This document shows positions 1 through 9,256 of a DNA stretch of 64,000 nt, piece after piece. The DNA comes from Saccharofermentans sp. (lineage in GTDB: Bacteria > Bacillota > Clostridia > Saccharofermentanales > Saccharofermentanaceae). The notes under the pieces are model-generated. The model was not told the origin of the DNA and ran no database searches. It worked only from the letters and a program-made list of their open reading frames with translations. The stretch spans positions 6,588-70,587 of the forward strand of contig JAILDX010000018.1 of assembly GCA_024688685.1 (NCBI GenBank). Direction: 5' to 3'. Position numbers and translations under genes: made by a program. The number at the start of each line of letters is the position of its first letter. Within the stretch, counting starts at the first letter, position 1.

Positions 1-1
1 G

Positions 2-211
2 GCATATCTCATATCAAATCTGGAGAACAAGAAGCCTAAGGATATAAGCGTTGCCACCATGCTCTTCAATCCGTCCAGGCAGCTCATTCCCGTGCCTGTA
101 AAGTATTATGGTTTTGAGATCAGCGACGGATGGCTGATAGGGTATGGAATGGACGTTCACGAGAAGGGACGCAATATCCCGTATATAGCAGAGCTTAAGA
201 ACAAGCCGTAA
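2..211 (+). CDS. hpt: Hypoxanthine phosphoribosyltransferase, 3' end (partial)
   Basis: Frame 2 reads ...VKYYGFEISDGWLIGYGMDVHEKGRNIPYIAELKNKP*, matching the HPRT C-terminal GYGxD...RNxPYI motif. Confidence 0.85.
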   Translation, partial: AYLISNLENKKPKDISVATMLFNPSRQLIPVPVKYYGFEISDGWLIGYGMDVHEKGRNIPYIAELKNKP

Positions 212-214
212 AGC

Positions 215-865
215 TTATCCGAACAACTCCAGAAGCTCAGGGAAACTGCTGATATTCTTATATGCGCCCTCAACGGACCCAAAACCGTACTCGCAAAACA
301 CCATGCGGATTCCCGCGTAATTGCTGGCTTCAAAATCGCCTGTCGTATCGCCGATGTAAAACGTATCACCGGCATCGAGTCCGTTCTTTGCCATCAGTGT
401 CAGTATGGTATCACCCTTGCCTGTTCCGGTGTCGCCGTAGCAAAGAGTATCTTCAAACAGATCAGCAGTTCTGCTCTTGCCCGTAAACAGCTCGATATAG
501 CCGCACTGGCAGTTGCTGACGATAAAGAGCCTGTGATTCCTGGAAAGCTCTTTAAGAGTTGCGGGAACGCCTTCTGCGATGATGCTGTCGGATTCATCGT
601 ACGTCAGTGCGCCAAGTGTCTCATCTTCAGCGGCAATGCATCTGTCCGTGAACTCATCAAGAAGCGCCTGATCTGTTACGGCAGGGAAGATATTGCGGAA
701 GATCACATCCATAGTCTTGCCGAACTCCTTCTTGAGTCGGTCAGCCGTAATACCGGATGAATCTACCCCTGTACCTGCTATCGCTGCCTTCCACGCATCA
801 GCGATAACTCTTGTGGTATCCCACATTGTTCCGTCAATATCAAATATAAGATTCATGCTGAGCAT
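215..865 (-). CDS. HAD-family hydrolase (phosphoglycolate phosphatase-like)
   Basis: Motif I FDIDGT, motif II VSN, motif IV YIGDT; start may be the ATG at 856. Confidence 0.85.
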   Translation of the reverse strand: MLSMNLIFDIDGTMWDTTRVIADAWKAAIAGTGVDSSGITADRLKKEFGKTMDVIFRNIFPAVTDQALLDEFTDRCIAAEDETLGALTYDESDSIIAEGVPATLKELSRNHRLFIVSNCQCGYIELFTGKSRTADLFEDTLCYGDTGTGKGDTILTLMAKNGLDAGDTFYIGDTTGDFEASNYAGIRMVFCEYGFGSVEGAYKNISSFPELLELFG

Positions 866-892
866 TTTACCATAGTCGCCAGTGCTATAATA

Positions 893-1708
893 GTGCGTAT
901 GAAAGAAGATAAAAGATTTTTTACTTTAAGCGAAGAAAACCCTTATAAAGCCGTCGTAAAACTGGGCGTTCCGCTCATTTGCGGCATGTTTGTCATGGTC
1001 CTCTATAATTACGTTGACACTTATTTCATAGGCCTTATGGACGATGAGTTTCAGCTGGCGGCCGTCAATTTTGCATATCCCGTCATGATGATCACCGTGG
1101 CTATCTCCAATATGGTCGGAACGGGCGCAGCTTCGCTTATCGCAAGAAGCCTCGGGGCAGGGAAGAAGGAGCTCGCTGATCACACGGTTACGGCAGGCAT
1201 CGTTCTGACGATTATCAACAGCCTCGTTGTTACCGGAGTCGGGCTTGTTTTCCTTGATAAGATCGTTGCTCTTCTGGGGGCCGGAGTTAACACGTTTACA
1301 CCCACAAAAGAGTATGTAGGCATCATACTGACCGGCACCGTATTCACGATGGGTAACTACACACTGGGGCAGCTCCTCAGAAGTGAGGGATCCGTGAAGT
1401 TCTCGATCATAGGAATGATGGCGGGTACCGTTGTAAACCTCGTTCTCGATCCGATATTCATATTCACGCTCAAGATGGCTATAAGAGGTGCTGCGATAGC
1501 GACGATCCTGGGTAATGGCGTCGGTGCGCTCATCTCTGTTTCGCTCTATGTGAGCGGAAAGACGATCCTCAGACCGTCCTCGAAATACATCCGCCCCACA
1601 TCCGGGATCCTCAAGGAGATCTTCTGGGTAGGCGTTCCTGCTTCACTCGAGACGCTGCTGATGCTACGCTCTTTGTGTCGAAAGGAGGTCTTTGAATGGA
1701 TCAAGTAA
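893..1708 (+). pseudogene. MATE efflux transporter, N-terminal half only
   Basis: MATE motifs (YNYVDTYFIG, NLVLDPIFIF, GAAIAT); similarity stops at GVPASLETLL and the frame runs into the next gene's RBS; 271 aa versus about 450 aa expected. Confidence 0.75.
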
Positions 1709-2862
1709 AGATCGGAGCATTCATGAAACAGCTCCGTAAAGAAAAAGGCCTGACACAGGCCCAGGCAGCAAAGAAGTTCGGCACGACAGACAGAACAGTA
1801 TCCAGATGGGAGACGGGAGTGAACATGCCTGATATTTCCTTATTGGTTGAAATATCTGAACTCTACGGCGTTGACGTGCGTGAACTGATCGACGGAGAAC
1901 GCAGGAGGGAAGATATGGACAGCGAAGTCAAGGAAGTTGCTGAGGCAATGGCTGAGTATGCAGGTGAAGAAAAGAGCACGATGCTCAAATGGATGCGCGG
2001 AATAAGCATCGTCGGGGTAGTGGTCAGCTTTCTGCTGATGATATGGCAGGTTTCGGCTTTGTCTCTGACAAATGAGAATGGAGCATCCGGCGGAACTCTT
2101 ATGTACAAAGGTGTCGGATTTATCGGAATCCTGGCCCTGTTCGTGATCATGGTCATAATGGCACTCTATACAAACGGGCTGCTCGCCAGGATCGCGTCCA
2201 ATAAGAGGTTTACTAAGTCTGTTAAGGTAGTGGTGATCGTTATTTCCATTCTGGCGGCCTACGAGATGATCAAGTGTGCATTAATTTTCGGAAGCATATT
2301 GTTCGTCGAATCGCTGCCGTCAAATGATGTCGTTCTGGACACTTATAACAAGTCAGAGATCGTTGATCAGTATCGGGGAGATATTGACTCGTCTCTGTTT
2401 TTGTTTCTTGATGATATTTCTATGGCTGAATCATCTTCGTTTGAAGGAAAGCTCCATACGGGGTTGTTTGATACCGACGGTTACATTCGTCTGGTATGCA
2501 GGTACAGATTGGATGAGTACTTGGCAGAGAAAGAAAGGCTTGGATCAACCAGTTGCACTCTTACATATGAAGGCGTTTCGAGCACAAAGAGTGTATTCCT
2601 CGATGAATCGTCTTACAGACTCCCTGCATATGTCGCAGTTGACGGATACGATTATTCCTACGAATATGCGCTTTGCGACGACGATCTGTGCGAGATAACG
2701 TATATGTATCTGGGATATGTTGACAGCGGGCTTATTGATGTTCTGGGAGATGACCTGAAGATCGATAAGAGTGTTTATGCTGATACCGGTGATAATACGC
2801 TGGAGCGGTTCAGCATTTATGCTTATTACTTTGGTGACGGCGCGGCTGAGTACGGGGATTAA
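1696..2862 (+). CDS. XRE-family HTH regulator with about 3 TM helices and a C-terminal soluble domain
   Basis: IGAFMKQLRKEKGLTQ...VSRWETG..PD HTH_3 signature; hydrophobic segments at about aa 100-200; AGGAGG RBS. Confidence 0.85.
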   Translation: MDQVKIGAFMKQLRKEKGLTQAQAAKKFGTTDRTVSRWETGVNMPDISLLVEISELYGVDVRELIDGERRREDMDSEVKEVAEAMAEYAGEEKSTMLKWMRGISIVGVVVSFLLMIWQVSALSLTNENGASGGTLMYKGVGFIGILALFVIMVIMALYTNGLLARIASNKRFTKSVKVVVIVISILAAYEMIKCALIFGSILFVESLPSNDVVLDTYNKSEIVDQYRGDIDSSLFLFLDDISMAESSSFEGKLHTGLFDTDGYIRLVCRYRLDEYLAEKERLGSTSCTLTYEGVSSTKSVFLDESSYRLPAYVAVDGYDYSYEYALCDDDLCEITYMYLGYVDSGLIDVLGDDLKIDKSVYADTGDNTLERFSIYAYYFGDGAAEYGD

Positions 2863-2972
2863 GGTTAGAATGAGCTACTGGAGGGCAATGTCGCTGATTT
2901 TGTCTCTATGTCGCTTCAGACAGCGACATATTTAGAGACATCGCTCTTGAGGGTGAAGTAACATGGATTGAG

Positions 2973-3009
2973 TAAAAAAGAAGCTGCCCCGGTTTGGACA
3001 GCTTCTCTT
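2973..3009 (-). terminator. Intrinsic terminator of the hyd operon
   Basis: GAAGCTG/CAGCTTC stem with an A-run on + (U-tract on -). Confidence 0.65.
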
Positions 3010-3033
3010 AATTTAAGCTTCAGATGATAACGA

Positions 3034-4806
3034 TCAGATCTCGTTAAATCCTTCTCTTGCTGCATAAGATGTATGCAGGAGCTCGTGTGCCTTGTGGCTG
3101 TTAGGCTCGCCAAGGAACTTCTCATAGAGTTCAACAATCTGAGGGTTATTGTGGGACTGACGGAGTGTCTGTCTCTCATCCTCTGAGTACAGAGCCTGAG
3201 CTCTCTTCTCCTTGTATGTATCCATGATGTCATCAGACTCGTTAGGGAGGAAGCACTCTCTGACGTAAGGCTGACCGCCACCGTTGATACATCCGCCGGG
3301 ACAACCCATGATCTCGATGAACTGATACTTGGACTTGCCTTCGCGGATCTCATCAAGGAGAACCTTTGCAGACTTCATACCGGAAGCAATAGCAACATTA
3401 ACAGTTGTTCCGTTGATGTCGATAGATGCCTCTCTGATACCTGCATCATGGCCACGTACTGCCTTGAACTCGATAGGCTCGGATTCCTTGCCTGTGAGCT
3501 TGAAGTAAACAGTTCTGAGGGCTGCTTCCATAACACCGCCTGTTACACCGAAGATAACGCCGGCACCTGTGTAGTCGCCCATGATATCCTGATCCCAATC
3601 CTCATCAGGGAGTCTGTCGAAAAGGATACCGCCTCTCTTGATCATACGTGCGAGCTCTCTTGTAGTGATAACAGCATCTACATCAGGGATACCGTTAACC
3701 TTCTCCTGCTCACGCTCCTTCTCAAACTTCTTAGCTGTACAAGGCATAACGGATACAACGAAGATATCCTTAGGGTCAATGCCGTTCTGTTCAGCCCAGT
3801 AAGACTTGATGATAGCACCCTGCATCTGGTGAGGTGACTTACATGAGGACAGGTGAGGGAGGAGATCTCCGTAGTTGTACTCAGCGTAGTTGATCCATCC
3901 AGGTGAGCATGATGTGATCATAGGAAGTGTTCCGCCGTTTGTGAGTCTTCCGAGAAGCTCTGTGCCTTCTTCCATGATCGTAAGGTCAGCACCGAAGTTT
4001 ACATCGTAAACTCTTGTGAAACCAAGTCTTCTCATAGCAGCAACCATCTTACCTGTTACAGGTGTACCGATGGGGAAGCCGAACTCTTCACCGAGAGCTG
4101 CTCTTACAGCAGGAGCTGCCTGAGCGATAACTGTCTTGCCGGCTGCGAAAGCCGCATCGATCTTGTCAATCTCGGAGTGCTCCATAAGAGCGCCTGTATG
4201 ACAAACGTTAACGCACTGACCGCACTGGATACAAGGTGAATCTGCAAATGATCTGTTCTCAGCAGGTGATACGAAAGTATTGAAACCTCTGTTCTCGAAT
4301 CCGAGGATTCCAAGACCATGAGCGTTCTTACATCTCTCGATACATCTTCCGCAGAGGATACACTTTGATGTATCTCTTACGAGACCGGGAGCTACTGTAT
4401 CAAGATGTGTCTCAGAGTGAACACCCTGGAAAGCGCCTTCTCTTGCACCAGTTACATAAGCAACGTGGAGAAGTTCACACTTGCCGTTCTTGTCGCACTG
4501 CTGGCAGTTCATGTTGTGGTTGGACAGCAAGAGCTCAACGCTGTGTCTTCTTGCTGCTGTAGCTGCAGGTGAAGAGATCTTGATCTCCATGCCCTCTGCT
4601 ACGGGATATACGCAGGCAGCTACGAGGCCTCTTGCTCCTGTTGCCTCAACGAGACATACACGGCAGGAACCTCTGTTGCATTCGCCATGGTTGAAAGCGC
4701 AAAGTGAAGGGATCTCGTATCCGCACTTCTTAGCAGCCTCGAGGATAGTAAGTCCTTCCTCAACCTGATAGGAGATGCCTTCTATTTTAATATTAATCAT
4801 CGCCAT
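3034..4806 (-). CDS. hydA: [FeFe] hydrogenase catalytic subunit, group A3 type (HydA/HndD)
   Basis: H-cluster motifs TSCSPGW, MPCTAKKFE, EIMGCPGGCINGGGQP; N-terminal 2Fe-2S, His-ligated 4Fe-4S and 2x4Fe-4S motifs. Confidence 0.95.
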   Translation of the reverse strand: MAMINIKIEGISYQVEEGLTILEAAKKCGYEIPSLCAFNHGECNRGSCRVCLVEATGARGLVAACVYPVAEGMEIKISSPAATAARRHSVELLLSNHNMNCQQCDKNGKCELLHVAYVTGAREGAFQGVHSETHLDTVAPGLVRDTSKCILCGRCIERCKNAHGLGILGFENRGFNTFVSPAENRSFADSPCIQCGQCVNVCHTGALMEHSEIDKIDAAFAAGKTVIAQAAPAVRAALGEEFGFPIGTPVTGKMVAAMRRLGFTRVYDVNFGADLTIMEEGTELLGRLTNGGTLPMITSCSPGWINYAEYNYGDLLPHLSSCKSPHQMQGAIIKSYWAEQNGIDPKDIFVVSVMPCTAKKFEKEREQEKVNGIPDVDAVITTRELARMIKRGGILFDRLPDEDWDQDIMGDYTGAGVIFGVTGGVMEAALRTVYFKLTGKESEPIEFKAVRGHDAGIREASIDINGTTVNVAIASGMKSAKVLLDEIREGKSKYQFIEIMGCPGGCINGGGQPYVRECFLPNESDDIMDTYKEKRAQALYSEDERQTLRQSHNNPQIVELYEKFLGEPNSHKAHELLHTSYAAREGFNEI

Positions 4807-4819
4807 AGTAGTTACCTCC

Positions 4820-6709
4820 TTACTCTTTTACGATTGCCTTAGGCTTACAGTTGCTCATACACAGACCGCACTTAACGCACTTGTCAGGATCGATTGCAAA
4901 TGAAGCGAGCTTGTGACCTTCTGCGATATAATCTGTTCTCTCGATACAGCTTGCAGGGCAGTTCCTTGCGCACATGCCGCAGCCGATACACTTATCCTTG
5001 TCGATCTTGTACTGCATAAGGCTCTTGCAGACGTGTGCGGGACACTTCTTGTCTACGATGTGAGCGATATACTCGTCACGGAAGTGCTTGAGTGTGGAGT
5101 TAACAGGGTTGGATGCTGTCTGACCGAGAGCACAGAGTGAGTTTGTCTTGATAGTCTTGGAAAGCTCTTCCAGTGCATCAAGATCTTCCATTGTGCCCTT
5201 GCCCTCTGTGATCTTTGTGAGAACTTCGAGGATTCTCTTTGTGCCGATACGGCAGGGTGAACACTTACCGCATGACTCATCACATATAAACTCCATATAG
5301 AACTTGGCAACGTCAACCATACAGTTGTCTTCGTCCATAACGATAGCTCCGCCGGAACCCATCATGGAACCCTTCTGAACGAGGTTATCGAAATCGATAG
5401 GCTCATCGAGGAACTCCTCTGTCAGACATCCGCCTGAAGGACCACCTGTCTGGATAGCCTTGAACTTCTTGCCGTTCGGGATTCCGCCGCCGATGTCGTA
5501 AATGAGCTCACGGAGTGTTGTACCCATAGGGATCTCTACGAGACCAACGTTGTTAACCTTACCGCCGAGAGCGAAAACCTTAGTACCCTTGGACTTCTCT
5601 GTACCAACTGATGCGAACTCAGCTGCGCCTTCGCGGAGAATATAGGGAACACAAGCCAGTGTCTCAACGTTGTTAACGCAGGTAGGCTTCTCCCACAGAC
5701 CTTTGATAGCAGGGAACGGAGGACGGGGTCTCGGCATACCGCGCTTACCCTCGATAGAGTTAAGGAGAGCTGTCTCCTCACCGCAAACGAAAGCTCCTGC
5801 GCCAAGTCTGATGTGACAATCGAAGTCGAAACCGGAACCGAGGATATTCTTACCAAGGAGACCCATCTCTCTAGCCTGAGCGATAGCGATCTTCAGACGG
5901 TTAACTGCGATAGGATACTCAGCACGAACATAGAAGTAACCCTCAGATGCGCCAAAAGCGTAACCTGCGATCATCATACCCTCGATAACACCGAGAGGGT
6001 TGCCCTCGAGGATGGAACGATCCATGAATGCACCCGGGTCACCTTCGTCACCGTTACATACAACGTACTTCTGATCAGCGTCAACGTTAAGAGCGAACTG
6101 CCACTTTCTTCCTGTAGGGAATCCGCCGCCGCCACGGCCACGGAGACCGGAAGCGAGAACTTCGTCGATAACTTCCTGCTGAGTCATGGACAGAGCCTTC
6201 TTCAAGCCCTGGAATGCACCCATACCGAGTGCTTCATTGATATCTTCAGGATTGATGACACCACAACCGTGAAGAGCAACACGGCGCTGCTTCTTATAGA
6301 AGTTGATGTCTTCCTGCTTTGTCTTCTTCTCCTGTGAAGCGGGATCAACATAGAGGAGTCTCTCTACGATCTGGCCGCCTGCGATATCAGTATCAACGAT
6401 CTCTTCAACATCGTCGATTGATACCATACGGTAGAGTGTGTCCTCAGGATAGATCTTAACGAAAGGTCCCTGTGAGCAGAAACCGAAACATCCAACCTGA
6501 TTAACTGTTGCCTTGTCGGAAAGACCCTTGGCAGCGAGAACTTCCTCGAACTTAGCCATGATCTCCTTTGAGTTGGAAGACAGACATCCTGTACCGCCGC
6601 AAAGAACGATATGACGCTTGTCGTCCATGCCCTTGAGCTTGTCTTCAAGACACTTGGTACATGTTGAGGAGCACTGATCCAATTCAGCTACTGATGTGAT
6701 CTTTGTCAT
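4820..6709 (-). CDS. hydB: NADH/FMN-binding hydrogenase subunit (HydB, NuoF-like)
   Basis: SGLRGRGGGGFPTG, NGDEGDPGAFMDR, GAGAFVCGEETAL, C-terminal ferredoxin motifs. Confidence 0.95.
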   Translation of the reverse strand: MTKITSVAELDQCSSTCTKCLEDKLKGMDDKRHIVLCGGTGCLSSNSKEIMAKFEEVLAAKGLSDKATVNQVGCFGFCSQGPFVKIYPEDTLYRMVSIDDVEEIVDTDIAGGQIVERLLYVDPASQEKKTKQEDINFYKKQRRVALHGCGVINPEDINEALGMGAFQGLKKALSMTQQEVIDEVLASGLRGRGGGGFPTGRKWQFALNVDADQKYVVCNGDEGDPGAFMDRSILEGNPLGVIEGMMIAGYAFGASEGYFYVRAEYPIAVNRLKIAIAQAREMGLLGKNILGSGFDFDCHIRLGAGAFVCGEETALLNSIEGKRGMPRPRPPFPAIKGLWEKPTCVNNVETLACVPYILREGAAEFASVGTEKSKGTKVFALGGKVNNVGLVEIPMGTTLRELIYDIGGGIPNGKKFKAIQTGGPSGGCLTEEFLDEPIDFDNLVQKGSMMGSGGAIVMDEDNCMVDVAKFYMEFICDESCGKCSPCRIGTKRILEVLTKITEGKGTMEDLDALEELSKTIKTNSLCALGQTASNPVNSTLKHFRDEYIAHIVDKKCPAHVCKSLMQYKIDKDKCIGCGMCARNCPASCIERTDYIAEGHKLASFAIDPDKCVKCGLCMSNCKPKAIVKE

Positions 6710-7191
6710 ACGGCAGCCTCCTTCCTGTAAGAATCGATGATGCCTGCTACCTGTCCAACCTCAACCTTAGGGTAAACCTTACCGTTGATGCTTACAGCGG
6801 GTGCGATACCGCAGGCACCGATGCAGCGGAGTGCATCGAGAGTGAAGAGGCCGTCTTCACTTGTCTGTCCGGGCTTGATGTTAAGAAGCTCAGAGAACTT
6901 GTCGATTACCTGCTGGGCGCCCTTAACGTAGCATGCCGTTCCGAGACAACATCCGATTACAAACTTGCCCTTAGGCTCAAGGGAGAAGAATGAATAGAAT
7001 GTAACAACACCGTAAATCTCTGCTACTGAGATTCCGGTCTTCTTTGATACCAGCTCCTGAACTTCAAGCGGGATGTAACCGTATTCGTTCTGGATATCGC
7101 TGAGTATCATCATGAGAGGAGTCTTCTCATCTGTGTATCTGTCACAGATCTCCTCGATCTTCGCTGCTGCAGCAGCATTCAGCTTAGCCAT
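6706..7191 (-). CDS. hydC: 2Fe-2S hydrogenase subunit (HydC, NuoE-like)
   Basis: GVVTFYSFF, CLGTACYVKG, RCIGACGIAP. Confidence 0.95.
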   Translation of the reverse strand: MAKLNAAAAAKIEEICDRYTDEKTPLMMILSDIQNEYGYIPLEVQELVSKKTGISVAEIYGVVTFYSFFSLEPKGKFVIGCCLGTACYVKGAQQVIDKFSELLNIKPGQTSEDGLFTLDALRCIGACGIAPAVSINGKVYPKVEVGQVAGIIDSYRKEAAV

Positions 7192-7333
7192 AAATGACCT
7201 CCTTGCTAGTTATATTCATGAATACCTCCTGAAAATATGTTGTTGCGGACCAATGGCAAAACATGGTCCTGAAAATGTGCCATAAGGTATTCTAACATAA
7301 GAGCAATTATTTTTGAATTAAAAAAGCGAGGAG

Positions 7334-7362
7334 TTGACGATTTATTTTCTGTCGGTTATAAT
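7334..7362 (+). promoter_or_regulatory. Sigma-A promoter of rpsU
   Basis: TTGACG-17 nt-TATAAT. Confidence 0.75.
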
Positions 7363-7400
7363 GGCAAAGCAATTTTCGTGACGAGAGGGGGGATAAAGAG

Positions 7401-7574
7401 ATGTCTGAGATCAGAGTTAAGGAGAATGAGAGCCTTGACAGCGCACTCCGCAGATTCAAGCGTTCATGTGCAAGATCAGGTGTTCTCGCAGAAGTTCGTA
7501 AGAGAGAACATTATGAGAAGCCTTCAGTTCGTCGCAAGAAGAAGTCAGAGGCTGCTCGTAAGAGAAAGCACTAA
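7401..7574 (+). CDS. rpsU: 30S ribosomal protein S21 (not in ORF track)
   Basis: [57 protein letters not shown]. Confidence 0.97.
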   Translation: MSEIRVKENESLDSALRRFKRSCARSGVLAEVRKREHYEKPSVRRKKKSEAARKRKH

Positions 7575-7591
7575 TAAATAAGGTGATTTCG

Positions 7592-7618
7592 AAGCCGTCC
7601 TTTGAGGGCGGCTTTGTT
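7592..7618 (+). terminator. Terminator after rpsU
   Basis: AAGCCGTCC/GGGCGGCTT hairpin followed by a T-rich tail. Confidence 0.6.
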
Positions 7619-7633
7619 ATATTGAGGTGAGAT

Positions 7634-8653
7634 ATGTCAAAGGTCGGTGTTCTCGGTACAGGTACCTGGGGTATGGCGCTGGCGCGCCTTCTGTCTGTTT
7701 ATGGAAAACATGAGGTCATCTGCTGGTCGGCTCTTCCACAGGAGATAGACTATTTCGTGGCGACTAAGCGTCATCCGAACCTTCCCGGTGTACCGATACC
7801 TGATGAGATAGAGTTCACAAAGTCAATAGATAAGGCAATCGTGGGGATGAATGTTGTCCTTTTCGCTGTGCCTTCAGTATTTGTAAGATCCACGGCAAAC
7901 AAGGCTGCTCCGTTCCTCGGGGATGGTCAGGTCGTTGCCGATTGTGCGAAGGGTATAGAGGAAGGAACCATGATGTTCCTCACCCAGGTCATTGAAGATG
8001 AGGTTTCCAAGGTCTGCCCGGGCAAGAAGATACGGCTTGTCGCTCTTTCCGGCCCTTCCCATGCCGAGGAGGTGGCAGTGGATATCCCGACGAGTATCGT
8101 TTCGGCATCGAAGGATATCGAGGCGGCGAGGACCGTCCAGGATATATTTATGACAGGATGCCTCAGAGTCTATACAAACAGTGATATTACGGGCGTTGAG
8201 ATGTGCGGATCGCTGAAAAATATCATAGCTCTGGCTGTCGGCTGCTCGAAGGGGATGGGCTACGGAGACAATACCACGGCGGCACTGATAACAAGGGGAA
8301 TGGCTGAGATCTCGGCTCTCGGAGTTGCTCTGGGGTGCGATCATCAGACGTTTACGGGACTTGCGGGGATCGGCGACCTTATCGTTACCGCGACCAGTGT
8401 TCACAGCCGTAACAACCGCTGCGGAATGATGGTCGGAAAGGGCATTCCCGTCAAGAAGGCTATAGAGAAAGTCGGAATGGTCGTTGAAGGCATAAACTGT
8501 CTGCCTGCGGCGATGGAACTGTCAGAGAGATTCGGCATCGAACTGCCCATAATCTCAGCGGTCGACAAGGTTGTCAATCACGGCGCAAAGCCTGCGGATA
8601 TGGTCGATTACCTGATGGGAAGAGACAAGACTCACGAGTTCGGGAGCAACTGA
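7634..8653 (+). CDS. gpsA: NAD(P)H-dependent glycerol-3-phosphate dehydrogenase
   Basis: GTGTWG, LSGPSHAEEV, LKNIIALA, GIGDLIVT, SRN motifs. Confidence 0.95.
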   Translation: MSKVGVLGTGTWGMALARLLSVYGKHEVICWSALPQEIDYFVATKRHPNLPGVPIPDEIEFTKSIDKAIVGMNVVLFAVPSVFVRSTANKAAPFLGDGQVVADCAKGIEEGTMMFLTQVIEDEVSKVCPGKKIRLVALSGPSHAEEVAVDIPTSIVSASKDIEAARTVQDIFMTGCLRVYTNSDITGVEMCGSLKNIIALAVGCSKGMGYGDNTTAALITRGMAEISALGVALGCDHQTFTGLAGIGDLIVTATSVHSRNNRCGMMVGKGIPVKKAIEKVGMVVEGINCLPAAMELSERFGIELPIISAVDKVVNHGAKPADMVDYLMGRDKTHEFGSN

Positions 8654-9153
8654 TCCTTCAATTCATTTGTTAGCTGAATATGTTTGTCGCGCCAGTTCCT
8701 GATGATGGCGTCTGCTTCTTCGTTGTCTTTTGCCCTGATGGTTATCTTCAGGACCACGTCCGTACCGCCGGCGGAAGTGTTCTTCTCGACGCAGATATCG
8801 CGGTTTGATTCAAGTTCTTTTGAGAGTTCGGCGGCTATCGTATCAAGTGATCCGATGAGCTTGTTGTTAAGCGTTCCGCGGAGGTCCTTCAGTACGGCTC
8901 TGCCGCCGTCTGTCAGGTCGAGAACATCAGTAGTTCCAAGGGTATCCGTCTTTCCGGGCTCGGAGCTATGCCTTGTCATGAGGTTGCCTGCGATCAGCTC
9001 CTCATATGCCTGAGCGAAATCAAAAAACTCAACATACAGGGACTTCATACAGCCGTCCATGAGCATATGATAGGAGACCCCCGGCACTATATCGGTCAGG
9101 TAAAGTATGATTATCTTGGTCTCTGCAATCGAATTTGATGACTTATCGCTCAT
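8632..9153 (-). CDS. DUF4364-like winged-helix protein
   Basis: KIIILYL...FFDFAQAYEELI...LTDGG pattern; ATG at 9153. Confidence 0.55.
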   Translation of the reverse strand: MSDKSSNSIAETKIIILYLTDIVPGVSYHMLMDGCMKSLYVEFFDFAQAYEELIAGNLMTRHSSEPGKTDTLGTTDVLDLTDGGRAVLKDLRGTLNNKLIGSLDTIAAELSKELESNRDICVEKNTSAGGTDVVLKITIRAKDNEEADAIIRNWRDKHIQLTNELKDQLLPNS

Positions 9154-9256
9154 ATCGTGAGAATTATACTTCAAATTATGTCAAATTTGAACTTTAAGAA
9201 AAGCAGTCGGGATGTTATACTCTTGAATGTTTATTAAATAGCTAAGGAGAGTATGT

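Noticed and set aside
7203..7225. Rex operator upstream of hydC
   Set aside because: Too many mismatches to TTGTGAA-N4-TTCACAA.
7378..7581. 67-aa ORF in the ORF track
   Set aside because: Wrong frame; the real gene is rpsU at 7401-7574.
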